Source: Podarcis filfolensis (taxonomy: Eukaryota). Taken from it: a DNA stretch of 64,000 nt. Within the stretch, counting starts at the first letter, position 1. Every line of letters begins with the position of its first letter. The notes under the pieces are model-generated. The model was not told the origin of the DNA and did no database searches. It worked only from the letters and a program-made list of their open reading frames with translations. Below are positions 24,397-35,964 of this stretch, piece by piece. The position numbers were made by a program, and so were the translations under genes. The stretch lies in assembly GCA_964270895.1 (NCBI GenBank), contig OZ185453.1, one strand, 5' to 3'.

Positions 24397-24790
24397 CAGG
24401 GTGGCCAACCCTTTTAGGTCTGTGGGGCACATTTTGATTTTTGAGTGAACATCATGGACATCACATCATTTAGTCACACGCACACACACCCCAATATTAC
24501 CACAGATACACTGAAAAGAAAGCACACACATGCACTCACTTTCCCAAGGGATCTTGGTAAAATTTTGATCCAGTAGAATTAACTTGAGCCTTGAAAAGCA
24601 GAGTCGAAAGAGGAGTTGAAAAAGAGTGCCACTCTTCTAACTTCTTCAGCTCTCAAGGAAGAAAAACCTCCCTTCCAACCCAAGGGGGCAGGGGGCTAAG
24701 AGGCTTTGTGGGCACTAGGGGGGCACATGGAGGGTACCATGGCACACTGGCAAACCCTGCATTATGGGGAATGGCCACTTGGTGATCCTG
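24397..24790. mobile_element. Old interspersed repeat (hAT-like start CAGGGTGGCCAAC), related to 34815-35180
   Basis: Shares GCCAAC...GGGC(A/G)CATTT and CAC(T)TTCCCAAGGG...GGTAAAA blocks with the copy at about 34815. Confidence 0.4.
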
Positions 24791-24995
24791 GGTGCAACTT
24801 GAAACCTGCGCAATACCTGTTAAGCCTGAAATCTCCATGCTAAGAGTAATTGCACACATTGTCATTTCAATTTCAAGCAAGCTTTTTCCTATTACACCCT
24901 CACACATTTAATATCCAGAAGGATGAAGAGTTATGGAAAACCCAACAGCTCACCCACTATTTTGAAGAAATTTTGGTTGGTCCTAATATTGCCCA

Positions 24996-25390
24996 TGGAC
25001 CATAAAGAAGGCTGATCGCCGAAGAATTGATGCTTTTGAATTATGGTGCTGGAGGAGACTCTTGAGAGTCCCATGGACTGCAAGAAGATCAAACCTCTCC
25101 ATTCTTAAGGAAATCAGCCCTGAGTGCTCACTGGAAGGACAGATCCTGAAGCTCAGGCTCCAATACTTTGGCCACCTCATGAGAAGAGAAGACTCCCTGG
25201 AAAAGACCCTGATGTTGGGAAAGGTTGAGGGCACAAGGAGAAGGGGACGACAGAGGACAAGATGGTTAGACAGCGTTCTCGAAGCTACAAACATGAGTCT
25301 GACCAAACTGCGGGAGGGAGTGGAAGACAGGAGTGCCTGGCGTGCTCTAGTCCATGGGGTCACGAAGAGTCGGACACGACTAAACAACAA
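24996..25390 (+). mobile_element. Bov-B (RTE) LINE, 5'-truncated 3' fragment
   Basis: ...RRIDAFELWCWRRLLRVPWTARRSNLSILKEISPECSLEGQILKLRLQYFGHLMRREDSLEKTLMLGKVEG..., ending GAGTCGGACACGACTAAACAACAA. Confidence 0.95.
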
Positions 25391-25760
25391 TATATTGTTC
25401 ACTCTGGGATTGTGGATTTCTTTGTGTTTATTATCAGACACAGCTTCTTTGCTTCTCAGGGAAGGTAGGTGAGGGTGGCTGCCTCAGGCGCAGCTGCACG
25501 GCACTGCAGGGCTTGGTTGCAAGCTAGCAGCATTTTGCTGGGTATGGTTGCAATTTCACCCATACCAATTGCCAGCAGTGGAGGACTGCGGAACCAGATC
25601 ACCGTGCAATTAAGGTTGCGGTTCTTTTTATCGTTCCCTCCCACTCTATAAAATGCACATTGGTAAAAGAGTTATCTAGACAGAGGAGAAATTAGCCTAA
25701 ATCCACCCTTGCATTAAAAGGGGAAAATACCGTACACATGGCCATGAGTATTTACCTTTA

Positions 25761-26110
25761 AAGGTAAAGGGACCCCTGACCATTAGGTCCAGTCGCGGAT
25801 GACTCTGGGGTTGCGGCGCTCATCTCGCTTTATTGGCCGAGGGAGCCAGCGTACAGCTTCCCGGTCATGTGGCCAGCAGGACTAAGCCGCTTCTGGCGAA
25901 CCAGAGCAGTGCACGTAAATGCCATTTACCTTCCTGCCAGAGTGGTACCTATTTATCTACTTGCACTTTGACATGTTTTTGAACTGCTAGGTGGGCAGGA
26001 GCAGGGACCGAGCAACGGGAGCTCACCCTGTCGCAGGGATTCGAACCGCCGACCTTCTGATCGGCAAGCCCTAGGCTCTGTGGTTTAGACCACAGCGCCA
26101 TCTGCGTCTC
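25761..26110 (-). mobile_element. Sauria SINE, full length
   Basis: Same consensus as 865-1220. TTTACCTTTA is duplicated at 25751-25760 and 26117-26126. Confidence 0.92.
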
Positions 26111-26512
26111 TAACATTTTACCTTTAGGAACGGTTTAAAAACAGGCTGTTTCCAGGCTGGAAACAATGCTCCGAACTTGCTTAGAGGGTTGCCCCCCCCC
26201 CGCAAAGAGGCCCAAAGTCTGGCAACCCTCATAAGATGCTCTGTCACTGCTGAGCATGCAGCCCCGCCTGGCGAAATGTGCAGGGAAATATGCAGCCTCC
26301 CCTGACAGGTGTGTGCCGGCTGTGCTTGGGCAGGTAGGAGTGCATGGCTTGCCCTGGGAGAAGTTATTCCTTCCTTTTCACGGGAGGCTTGTGGCCCAAT
26401 GGTCTTGTTACCACCGACAACATTGCAGTGGTCTAGGCCTTTAATACCCCCATTTTCAGAAACGCGGCTTATCTCCTACTGCGCTTTCTTCCCGTGTGTG
26501 TGTGTTTCTTCA

Positions 26513-26730
26513 TTTGTAGCATTTAGATCCCACTTTTTCTTCCAGAGATGCTGCGTTCCCCCATCCTCAGCTGCTACCCCGCAACTATCCTGTGAGGTAG
26601 GCTAGGCTGAGAGGCTGCGACCATCCCCCACCGGCCACATCCAGTGAGCTTCGTGGCCGAGCAGGAGATTTGAACTGTAGTCTCTCCCAGGTCCTAGTTG
26701 GGCCGCTCTAACCACTGTGCCACGCTGCCT
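26513..26730 (-). mobile_element. tRNA-derived SINE with L2-like tail (Squam3-like)
   Basis: Reverse complement reads GGCAGCGTGGCACAGTGGTTAGAGCGG...CTAGGACCTGGGAGA...TTCAAATC...AGCCTAGCCTACCTCACAGG. Confidence 0.7.
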
Positions 26731-26934
26731 CCGCACCGCCCCATCCGCCGGGCTCCGGGTGCCTCTGCCAAAGGCGGGCTGGGGTCTCAGGCCTTGTGCG
26801 AATCCTGAGGAAGCGGCTCTTCTTGTTTACACGGCAGCAGGAGAAGTCCCAACCCGACCCAAGCGGAGTGAAGATCTAATTCAGGAGCAAGCGGGGAAGA
26901 AAGAGTTGCAAGGGGATCTGCTGCCCGAGGCAGT

Positions 26935-27198
26935 TGTTAAGCTGTGAGTGAACATATCAGACGACACAGCGATTCTTCAAACAGCTCTTGTTTATTCACA
27001 GGCCAGAACAGAACTGAACTGAAGGGTTCAGCCAGCCTGCTTATATAGAGCTCCACTACAACGCAACTGTAACAACTTTCTGTAACTATCCAATCACTGA
27101 ACGTCACTTTCAATCCCTTATTTGCATATGTGGACCTGAGTGAAAACTATCTACAGTGTCCCCCTGCTGGCCCAGGGTGAGAACTTCAGTACATAACA
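26935..27198 (-). mobile_element. Solo LTR (264 bp), TGTTA...TAACA ends, perfect 5-bp TSD GCAGT
   Basis: GCAGT at 26930-26934 and 27199-27203. Minus strand has TATATAA (27041-27047) followed by AATAAA (26991-26996). CCAAT 27090-27094 and octamer ATTTGCAT 27120-27127 lie upstream of the TATA. Confidence 0.88.
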
Positions 27199-27203
27199 GC
27201 AGT

Positions 27204-28800
27204 TACCTCGCCTTCCCTCATGGCGGGGCCAGTCTGCCTGGCAACCTGTCCCGCCTGATTCTGTCGGCCGCGTCCTTCCCGGCAAACACCGCGCGACTCC
27301 CGGCGGCGGCCTCGGCTCCTCTGAGGCCCTTCCTCGACTGGGCGATCCGGACTACGTCTCCCAGCATGCCAAGCGGGACACAGAAACGTGACAATATGGC
27401 GCCCAACGAAGGCCCAACCAGGCACCCGCTCCCCTTCCGGGCGGCCTTTCTCCCGTTACTGGAGCCCAACCCTGAGGCGATGTTGTTTCCTTCCAGGTGG
27501 AGGAACTACACTGCCCATGAGCCGGTGAAACCAAGCGGCGAAATAAAAACGTACGAAGGCCTTCGTATGAGGCGGCGCGAGGCCGGCTGCAGGTTGCGGC
27601 GCTTTGCGAGTCTATGCTCGCAATGAGCCTCCGACTTCCGCCCCTCCCGTGAGGCCGCGCAAACTCACAAGGGGGAGATCAGTCCGTACAAAAACATGGC
27701 GGACCCCTCAGGCCACCGGGAGTTGTAGTCCCAAGTCGGCCGACTCCAGCTTTTGGCGGTCCGGAGAACAACTGTCCCTGAGACTACAAGTCCCATGAAG
27801 CTATGTGGCCCCTGGAAAGCGCGAAGAAATCATAACAAGATGGCGCCTTTCCCGCCCTGCCGGGAGTTGTAGTCGTGCCGCCTCGCATGGTCCTTCTGTC
27901 TTAATGAGAGACCCAGCATAAACGGGACTACACTTCCCGACGGGCTCCGGTTTCAGCTGCGGGGGAAGGAGGAGGAGCGGAGGAGGAGAAGGAGAAGAAA
28001 GCTACAACATGGCGGCTGCGTCCATTCCCACGAACCGGGCGCTGTGAGGAGCCAAGCGCCAGGAGCTGGAGCAGCTCTGCCTGTGCCAGGTCCTGGTTCC
28101 GGGGGCGCCCGCCCCGTCGCGGAAGTGGGGCTCGCACCCCTCCGCCGCGCGCGGCCATGGGGGTGCAGGGCTTCCAGGAGTTCGTGGAGAAGCGCTGCCC
28201 GGGGGCTGTGGTGCCCGTGGACCTGTTGAAGCTGGCGCGGGCCGTCGGAGGCCGGGGCGGCGGGGGCCCTGCCTACTGCCCCGCCTTCCACCCGCCCCCC
28301 GCCGGCTACCCGCACCCCGCCGGGCCCGCGCCGGGCCTGGGAGCCGTGGTCGGTGCCGGCCCCTACGGCCACCCGCAGCCCTCGCCCGGCTTGCCCGGCC
28401 CCGCCGCCGCCGCCCCGTGCCCCGCTCGGCTCCTGGTGGATGCAGATTCGGCCTTGCAGCGCCTCTACGGCGGCTACCAGACGGACTGGGTGTGCGGGGG
28501 CCAGTGGAATGCTATGGTGGGCTACCTGGCTGCCCTCTCGCAGGCCTGCCTCTACCAAGGCGGGCTGGAGCTGGCTGTCATCTTCAACGGAGGGCTCGGC
28601 AAGGAGAGGCTGCCTGAGTGGGGCAGGAAGGCGCAGGCGGAGAGACAGACAGCCCAGCTCATCGCTGGGCATGTGGGCAACAAGGGTACCCCGCCACCCC
28701 GGGCCTGGTTCCTTCCCCCGGCTTGCTTGGGGCACTGCGTCCGCTTGGCCATGATTCGATTCCGGGTCAAGGTAAGGCCCGCACCGCCATCCTGAACGCA
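27204..28800. promoter_or_regulatory. FAM120C: CpG island / FAM120C promoter and first exon
   Basis: Abrupt rise in GC and CpG. Five ACTACAnnnCCC motifs (27505, 27718, 27783, 27862, 27927) and four CAA/AAnATGGCG motifs (27392, 27693, 27836, 28005). Confidence 0.88.
28157..28771 (+). CDS. FAM120C: FAM120C exon 1 (PIN/XPG-like N-terminal domain, MGVQGFQEFVEKRCPGAVVPVDLLKLAR...)
   Basis: Kozak GCCATGG, donor AAG|gtaagg. YGGYQTDWVCGGQWNAM and GNKGTPPPRAWFLPPACL are FAM120A/C signatures. The long insert after LLKLAR is FAM120C-like. Confidence 0.97.
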
Positions 28801-29332
28801 TCCCATTACATTTTGTAGAGTTCTGCTTCGGAAACGTTGACCATCTCTGTTGGTTCTTGCGCTTTTTCACGCTCATTGTTTCCTGACTCCCATTTTAGTG
28901 GGCATTTTTGTTCTATTTCGTTCATCTGTTGCTCATCATGGTTTTCCATATTTCATTCTATCTCAGAATTCCATGTCACTCAGCACCTGTTGCCTTCCCT
29001 GTCCAGCAGCTCTGGCCTTTCCTTACAGTTAAGGCCCTCTGCCTACTAATTTCGCAAAGGTGTTGCTCTCACCTTGTCTGCCACTGATATCTCTTATTGC
29101 CTGCCTTTTATTTTGCCCTACGCATTTTTAATTCTAATGCCTAGACTATTATGTTCCTGGCAAAGTCAATATGTGAGTTGTAGTTCACCTGAGAGCCAAA
29201 CATCAAGCAGTGGAGCATCCTTCTTGACTTATAGCCTGGCCTTGCAAAAAAATAAAATAAAATCTGCAGAAGTTTCTAACTCTGGAAAACGTCTACTATG
29301 TTGTCCATCCAAGTACATCTGTTTTCACTGGG

Positions 29333-29432
29333 CAGGGGTGGAGAACATGTGGCCTTCTAGATATTAATGGCTTTCATCTCCCATTAGCACCAGCCAGTGA
29401 CATCTGGAGAGCCACAGTTTTCCTCACCCCTG
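29333..29432. mobile_element. Old hAT-type MITE
   Basis: CAGGGGTGGAGAAC...GTTTTCCTCACCCCTG degenerate inverted ends. Confidence 0.5.
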
Positions 29433-30654
29433 ATTTATGACATATTGGCAGCCTGAAACAATCAGTTTTCTACCTAGTTAAAAAAACCCCACTGCTTGGT
29501 CAACTGGAAGTAATTCTTCCTTACCACAGGCACAGTTTTTACAAAGTTACTACAGGCTACAGTTCTTCCTTAGCACAAGTGACTGACAGCTTATTAACCA
29601 AATCTGTACTGTGTCTTTTCACGCTACCCATCCATTTTTCAGGCCTGTTACATTCTGCCCCTTCTCCTTCTTTATTCTATTTTTAAGTACTTAATTTTTT
29701 GTAATCTCTCTTTAATTGATTCATAAATATTTTTGAAGCCAAGGTTTTTGGCATTAGATTTGTATATGGCTGAAAAAATAACATGACTAATTCTGGGCAG
29801 ATCTTCTCAGTTTAACCACCCGTGCAATAAGAAATAATACAAGAGTGTTTGCGTCACCTATTTAAGCCACGCCTGGACAATTGTAGGATTGAAATTAGAA
29901 AAGTGTCATGGGTTGAGTTTTCTATGGCTGTATGAACTCTATACTGTTTACTTTTGCTAGGAAAACTAAAATTTGCTAGAAAAATGTAACTGGACCAACA
30001 CCTAAAGTTAGTATCTAGGACACAGTTGGATGTGCAGTTGCTTCTGTAGACTTCTGGTATAAGAGGAAGGTGCGTACTACAAGACGCTTTATACAAGAAA
30101 ATGACATTCAACAGGATTAGAACCCACACCCTCATGCTCACACAGATGTGCTCTAGTCTAAAGCATTATACTCCTAATTCAGATCAAAATATATTTGAAT
30201 CATTTCACCCTGTGAAGGGTGATTGTTTGCTCCCCATACCTAACAGTGGGCAAACGGCAGAAGTGCATTAGATGAAGTAATTAAGGCAATATAGGGTAGC
30301 CCCGCCAGCCTCCCCCCCCCCCCCCGTAGGTAACGCAGACAGGCTCAGGAAGAACAAGAATTAGTGAATCCCCTTACAGCATGGTATGATGCAGTGCTTC
30401 TTGTAGTCTTTGGTTCTGGCAACTGGAATTCAAATCTGAAATTGACCAAGAGAAGTCCCTGAGTTGCCCTGCCTGGACGTTGCACAGCATTTTGCATGAT
30501 CCTTACAGGGTTAGGGGGCTGGTTGAAATGACAATCAAAAAGGTCTCTGTAGGCAGATGTGTGCGAGAAAAACCAAGAGGTGGGAATAGAATTAAGCAGC
30601 AGCAGCAGTGGGAAAAGTGGATATGTGAGCTTGTCCCATGTCAGCTGGTGTCAC

Positions 30655-30815
30655 ATCATGGCTGTTAGCGTGAGGCCAGGAAGTTCCATGTTCAAATCTC
30701 ACTTCGGCCACGAACTTGCTATGCGGTCTCAGGCAAGCCACTGTTCTCTCAGCCTCCCATATGGTCCCTCCCATATGCTGACAATATACCTTACAGGGTT
30801 GGTGTCACGATTACT
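30655..30815 (+). mobile_element. Old tRNA-derived SINE (Squam3/MIR-like)
   Basis: GTTCAAATCTCACTTCGGCCACGAAC...GGCAAGCCACTGTTCTCTCAGCCTC...CCTTACAGGGTTG. Confidence 0.5.
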
Positions 30816-30867
30816 GATTACTAATGTCTGCAAAGCGATTTAAGAATGTAAAAGATGGACATTAGTT

Positions 30868-31004
30868 CAGGCTTCCTCAAACTCGGCTCTCCAGATGTTT
30901 TTGAGACTACAATTCGCATCATCCCTGACCACTGGTCCTGCTAGCTAGGGATCATGGGAGTTGTAGGCCAAAAACATCTGGAGGGCCGAGGTTGAGGAAG
31001 CCTG
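30868..31004. mobile_element. Palindromic hAT-type MITE, second copy of the 2989-3124 family
   Basis: Nearly identical to 2989-3124. TSD CATTAGTT/CTTTAGTT (7/8). Confidence 0.9.
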
Positions 31005-33252
31005 CTTTAGTTAGTCCCTTCCTTCCTCCCTCTGTCTGTCTGTCTCTCTTCTCTCTCACACACACCTTTCAAAGCTGTGTGTAAAGCAAGTAAAGGCAAG
31101 CCCAAAGTTGTATATCCAATCCTTGTGATTTCTAGGTCCCTGTTACCAGGGTTTTCCAAGTGTTGATCAACAAGTTCTTCACATTTGAGGATAGCCATTT
31201 GAGAATTCTAGAATAACTGCAGTATGCTCATGGTGAATTGGAACATGGTTATCTTCTAGGGTCATTTAAAAATGCAGTGCAATTTCTGTCATTCATGTGT
31301 GAGATATGAAATTGGTCACAGCATTCAGTGTTGAACAAGCTGCCCTTCTCCTGTGTAGAACCTGATGGGTTTGCTGGCCTTTTTAAAGACACACATTAAA
31401 GACACTTACAAGAAGCACAAGCAACTCCTTGGCCAGTGTGAAAATAGGATGCAGACAAGATGGGCCTTTGGTATGATCCAACAAGACTGTTCTTATGGTG
31501 TGCTTGGAGCAACGTGTCTGGCTGCAGATGGAGAATACTGGATTTCAGCTAAATTCCCTCAAATAGCTGCATGTAACCTCCTGAGGCCAAAGGTAAATTG
31601 GCAAGCAAAGGCTTGGAGATCAGCTGAAGTTGAATAAGCTTTGGAAACAGCTGACCTGAAACAGATGAGCTTTAAATACAGCCTCATTTAATAAATGATC
31701 AACCCATTTTTAAAAAGTGTGTTCTCAGCACCACTTTGAGTGCATTTTGAAAAGCAGTTTTACAATATTGGGCACACACTTTTAATAAAGCCCTGTTGAT
31801 TTCAGAGAGAGAATTTAATGTACCCTTATATCATTCCATTTGAAATAAGTGAGACATAAAACGTACTTTAAATCTAGATTGTATGTTGTTTAGGGGTGGG
31901 AAACAGTTGAACCCAACTAGGTTTTGGTATTAGTCTTGTGCAGTTATCTCTGCAGTGGGCAGGATCCAAACAATTCCACATTAAGTCCCTTTGGATATAT
32001 CCAAAGAAGCTTCTCAAAATGTTAGTTCCCATACCACAGGGCAGTTTTGAAAACTGAGGGAGATTTCAAAAGCAGATTATAATAATCCAGGTTGGTCGGC
32101 TGTTCCATTGTGTCAGGGTGGGGAGCAGAGAAAAGAGGAATGGAAACCCACTGGGTATGCCCAAGCCTGGGCTAGTATAGAAGGAGCTCTTTGCATGCTG
32201 ACCTGTGTATTTCTGTATATTGTGGGCTGGATGGATTGAAGGGAACCGAAGCCTCAAATCAGAGCAAAAGTTCTTAATAGTTTGCTGCTGAGCATTCCAT
32301 TCCATTCTCCCTGTTCATTTTTGCTAAGAGGTCTTGGGTTTTGCACTAAAGAAATCCCAGTCTCTCGCAGTTCAGAATCAGTGCTTCAAGTCCATTACGA
32401 TATGAAGCCTGTGTGTCTAAATTTTGCTCTGTTGCACGAAACCATTTTGTTTTCAATACTGTGTGTCATGGGAGAGCAGGGAGTGAGGCTCTTAAAATGG
32501 TTGGAAGCAGTAAGTGTATAAAGCAAGAGAGACATGTGGAATGATGGGGATTCATACACAGTGAAGTACGGCAACTTTCTGCTGGATTCTATACTGAGAT
32601 ACCATGTCACTTGTAGGCATTTAGCAGAAATAGCCCTTCATGTTTTTAAGGTTCTCCTCCTGTAAAAAAGAGAGAGAGGGAGGGAGAGATCTAGGAACTT
32701 GCTTCTCGCCCCCCTCCTTAAATGAAAAAACTAGGGGGCTGTGTACTGGAGCAGAGGCCATGTTCTGTGCTGTCTATCATGATTGTGGCTTTAATCTCTT
32801 AAACTAAGATTTTAGTTACGAGAAATAACTTTTCAAATTCTTTTGTTGTTCATTTTTGGAATGTCATTTGGCTTTTGGTGACCTACTATGTGAGTGTGTT
32901 ACCTTAGGAGTGCAGTCTTTTTGAAGTGTGGATGGGTGGTCCGGAAACAGGGTTAGGAACTCAGGTATATCAGCTAATCACCAAATGGCACCTTAAACCG
33001 AGGTTATGGTTGCCACAACACAATGTCTATTTGTTATGATTATTTGCTTCATTTCTATACTGTTCTATATTTTAAAGAAAAAATATCAAAGCAGTTTACA
33101 ACACATTAAAACAGAAAATAAAAGAATCCAGAATAAAACAAATTCAAGCTTCAAGGAAAATATTTCAGATCCTTCTCTAAGGGTCATTTGATTTCCCCCA
33201 TATTTATTTACCTTCCCAACTTATATAGCTGCCCCATAGCAGAAATACTCTA

Positions 33253-33457
33253 GGAAGCCAGTGTGGTGTAGTGATTAGACCAGGACCTGGGAGATCAGGG
33301 TTCAAATCCCCACTCAGACATGAAGCTCACTGGGTGACCATGGGCCAGTCACAGCCTCTTAACCTACCTCATAGGGTCATTGTAGGAATTAACTGAGGAG
33401 GGGGGTGAACCATGGACTCCTTGGAGAAAAAGGTGGGGTATAAATGCAATAAATAAG
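33253..33457 (+). mobile_element. tRNA-derived SINE (Squam3-like)
   Basis: GCCAGTGTGGTGTAGTG...GGTTCAAATCCCCACTCAG...AACCTACCTCATAGGG...TATAAATGCAATAAATAA. Confidence 0.8.
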
Positions 33458-35717
33458 CTCTTCTGCTTACCTGCTTAAGAAAGTTGGAGGAGCAGCCAGA
33501 TGGAGATGTTGGTCGCCAAAGTGGCACTCAGAGATCTCCATGTGGTCACAATTGGACTTGCTCCAGTTGCAAAACACCTGGCGCCTGGTGAAGTTCTAAC
33601 ACTGTCCTGAAATTATTGTGTCTTATCGTTGGCTTGTGTTTTGGCTTGTGTGGGGACAGATTGTGATGATGCTAGATGTTGGTAACCTACAGATAAAATG
33701 TATATCAGTATGTTGGTACTTGTCTTGCTATTTTTCTGGTGATTGCTATGGCTCTTAGTGTTTCTCAGGGCAATGAACCTATAAGAAAGGAAGGACAGAG
33801 TATGATTTAAGCTCTTGGATGAAGTAGAACAATCAGCAGCAATACCAGCATTCTGTATTTACTGGGTGGCTGGGCATGGAATCATTCAATGCAGGAAACA
33901 GGAAAGGACACAAATAAAAATAATAATTGACAGATGTTTGAGAGGCGGCAGGAGAAGCAGAGACACACTTGGATTTCTGATCCAATGAAGTTAAATTTCC
34001 AAAATTACAGGTGGGAGAAGGCAGCCAACTTTGCTGAATCAGCCTGATGTCTATGTAGTCTAGCAACCAGCCTAGTCTTTGGGAGCACACAGATGATGGC
34101 TTGCTCCTGGTATTCAGTAGGTTTTATGCCTCTGAACGTCAAAGGTATTTATCATGGATGTGAGTATGGATGGTCATATTCTCCATGAATTTGACAAAAA
34201 ATAGTTTATACAAGCTAATTGAGCTAGTGAACCATCACCTTGTCTTGTAGGAACGAATTCCATCATTTCATCCATTAACCCTCCCTAGCAAATACTTCTG
34301 CATCATCTACAGGAGGCCCTTTTCATGTTTTTCGGGGACAGGATCTTTAAGCCTTAGGGGTTTGCAAAATGTTCTTCTGAAAGGGCTAAAGATTTCAGCT
34401 AAAGGACTAACGATCACTAAGGAAATGCTAGTGGCCGCCATTTATAGCAAGAGTAATGTCTTGCTTCCCATTAAATGTCAAAGAATTTATTTATTTTTGG
34501 GTTGGGGCAGAGGAACAAAGCCTTAAGATTACAGTGACAGGACTCAGTCCCTTAAATGTTCAATAGTTGGATAATAGGGTTGTAAAAAAAAAACAGGATC
34601 TGCCTTTATGTCGTTTTTTAAAATCCTGATTTGAAAGATTTTAAACAGACCCTGTTCTCGCTGCTTTGCTATTAATCACCTTTGGTTTTTTAGAGTTTCT
34701 GTCTTGCGTCCAGTTTGTTTTGCTTGGTTTCTTTCTCACACTAAAATAGCTTTCCAGCCTCTGTCCCCTCTTGAGAAATATGTAGGGAATCACAGTAAAC
34801 CATTAACTGTCTAGGTTATGGGTGCCAACCATTTTGGGCCTCTGGGCGCATTTGGAGTGAGTGCTGTGGGTGCCATGCCCTCCAATAACTTCTCTTCTCC
34901 ACCCTCACACCACTAGGACTGAACGATAGAAGTGCACACACTTCACTTTCCCAAGGGGTCTAGGTAAAAGTCAGATCTGGGACTGTGAGTCCTGAGAAGC
35001 ACATAGAGCTGAAAAGGGAAGTGAGAAAGAACATCGCTCTTCCAGCTTCCCCCTTCAGCCCTGTGTACTTTTCAAGTGAGAGAAACAGGTAACCATCCTC
35101 ACCACCTCATGACCAAAGGGGGAAGGGAATAGAAAAACTCAGAAATTCATGGATGCCAGATGGCACCTGCAAGCAGCATAGTAGTGATCTCTGGTGTATA
35201 TAATGTCTTTTTCTTGAGAAACAAGGAAGGAAGGAAGGCTGTTGACCCACTTGATATGAGATAAAACCTGTAGTGTGGGATATCTCTTGAAAATTGTCAA
35301 CACCTAAATCTAGTGTACATGTAATATTTTACAACCTCCTAATCATGATTAAGAGATAGGAACCTCCTTCCTCCCCACTCCCTTTCCCCTTCTAATTCTC
35401 CTCCTTCCTCTTTAGTGTTATGTTTGCCCTGAATTTATCACAGACCACGGTTAACTTTAACCAGAGTTTGCAGAACAGCATGAAACTGAAACACATGATG
35501 TCTAGACACCTTGTTCTGATGACATTTTTGATATTCACATGCCATACCTTTCAGCTTCCAAAGGGAAGTGAGCCGCTTTCCTGCATATATAAGCAGATGG
35601 AGCCTGTGGAGGAATTGCCCTGAAGTGAATTCTGTACTGGGGGGGCTTAACAGAAAGCACAAAAGAGCTTTGGTGCAGTGTGGCTTTTTACTCAGCCTCG
35701 TCCCTTCTTTTCTGCAG

Positions 35718-35964
35718 GTGTTCCAGAGCCTGGAGGATCATCATCAGGAAGTGGTATCCTTCTTCCGGGAGAATGGTTTCCATGGGCTCATTGCCCATGA
35801 CTCCGAGTATGCCCTCTGCAACATACCCTCCTATTATAGCTCCCATGCCCTCAAACTGAGCTGGAATGGCAAGAACCTCACCACCAACCAGTTCCTGATG
35901 CAAGAAGTGGCCAAGCAGCTGGGCCTCAAGCTAAGCAGCTTTCCCATCTTCGCTGCCTTGCTCG
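35718..35964 (+). CDS. FAM120C: FAM120C exon 2 (VFQSLEDHHQEVV...FPIFAALLG)
   Basis: ctgcag acceptor, G|gtatgt donor, phases 0/1. Confidence 0.97.

Noticed and set aside
25062-25472. 136-aa ORF as a host gene
   Set aside because: It is the C-terminal remnant of the Bov-B ORF.
26184-26230. 47-bp GAGGGTTGCC...GGCAACCCTC mini inverted repeat as an intact transposon
   Set aside because: The ends resemble hAT TIRs, but there is no TSD. At most a collapsed relic.
27953-28876. 307-aa antisense ORF over FAM120C exon 1
   Set aside because: GC-rich sequence lacks stops on the opposite strand. The product is low complexity with no known domain.
29251-29261. Tandem AATAAA in FAM120C intron 1 as a premature poly(A) site
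   Set aside because: Embedded in an A-run and follows a strong gtaagg donor. There is no supporting weak-splice context, unlike the WNK3 4990-5371 intron.
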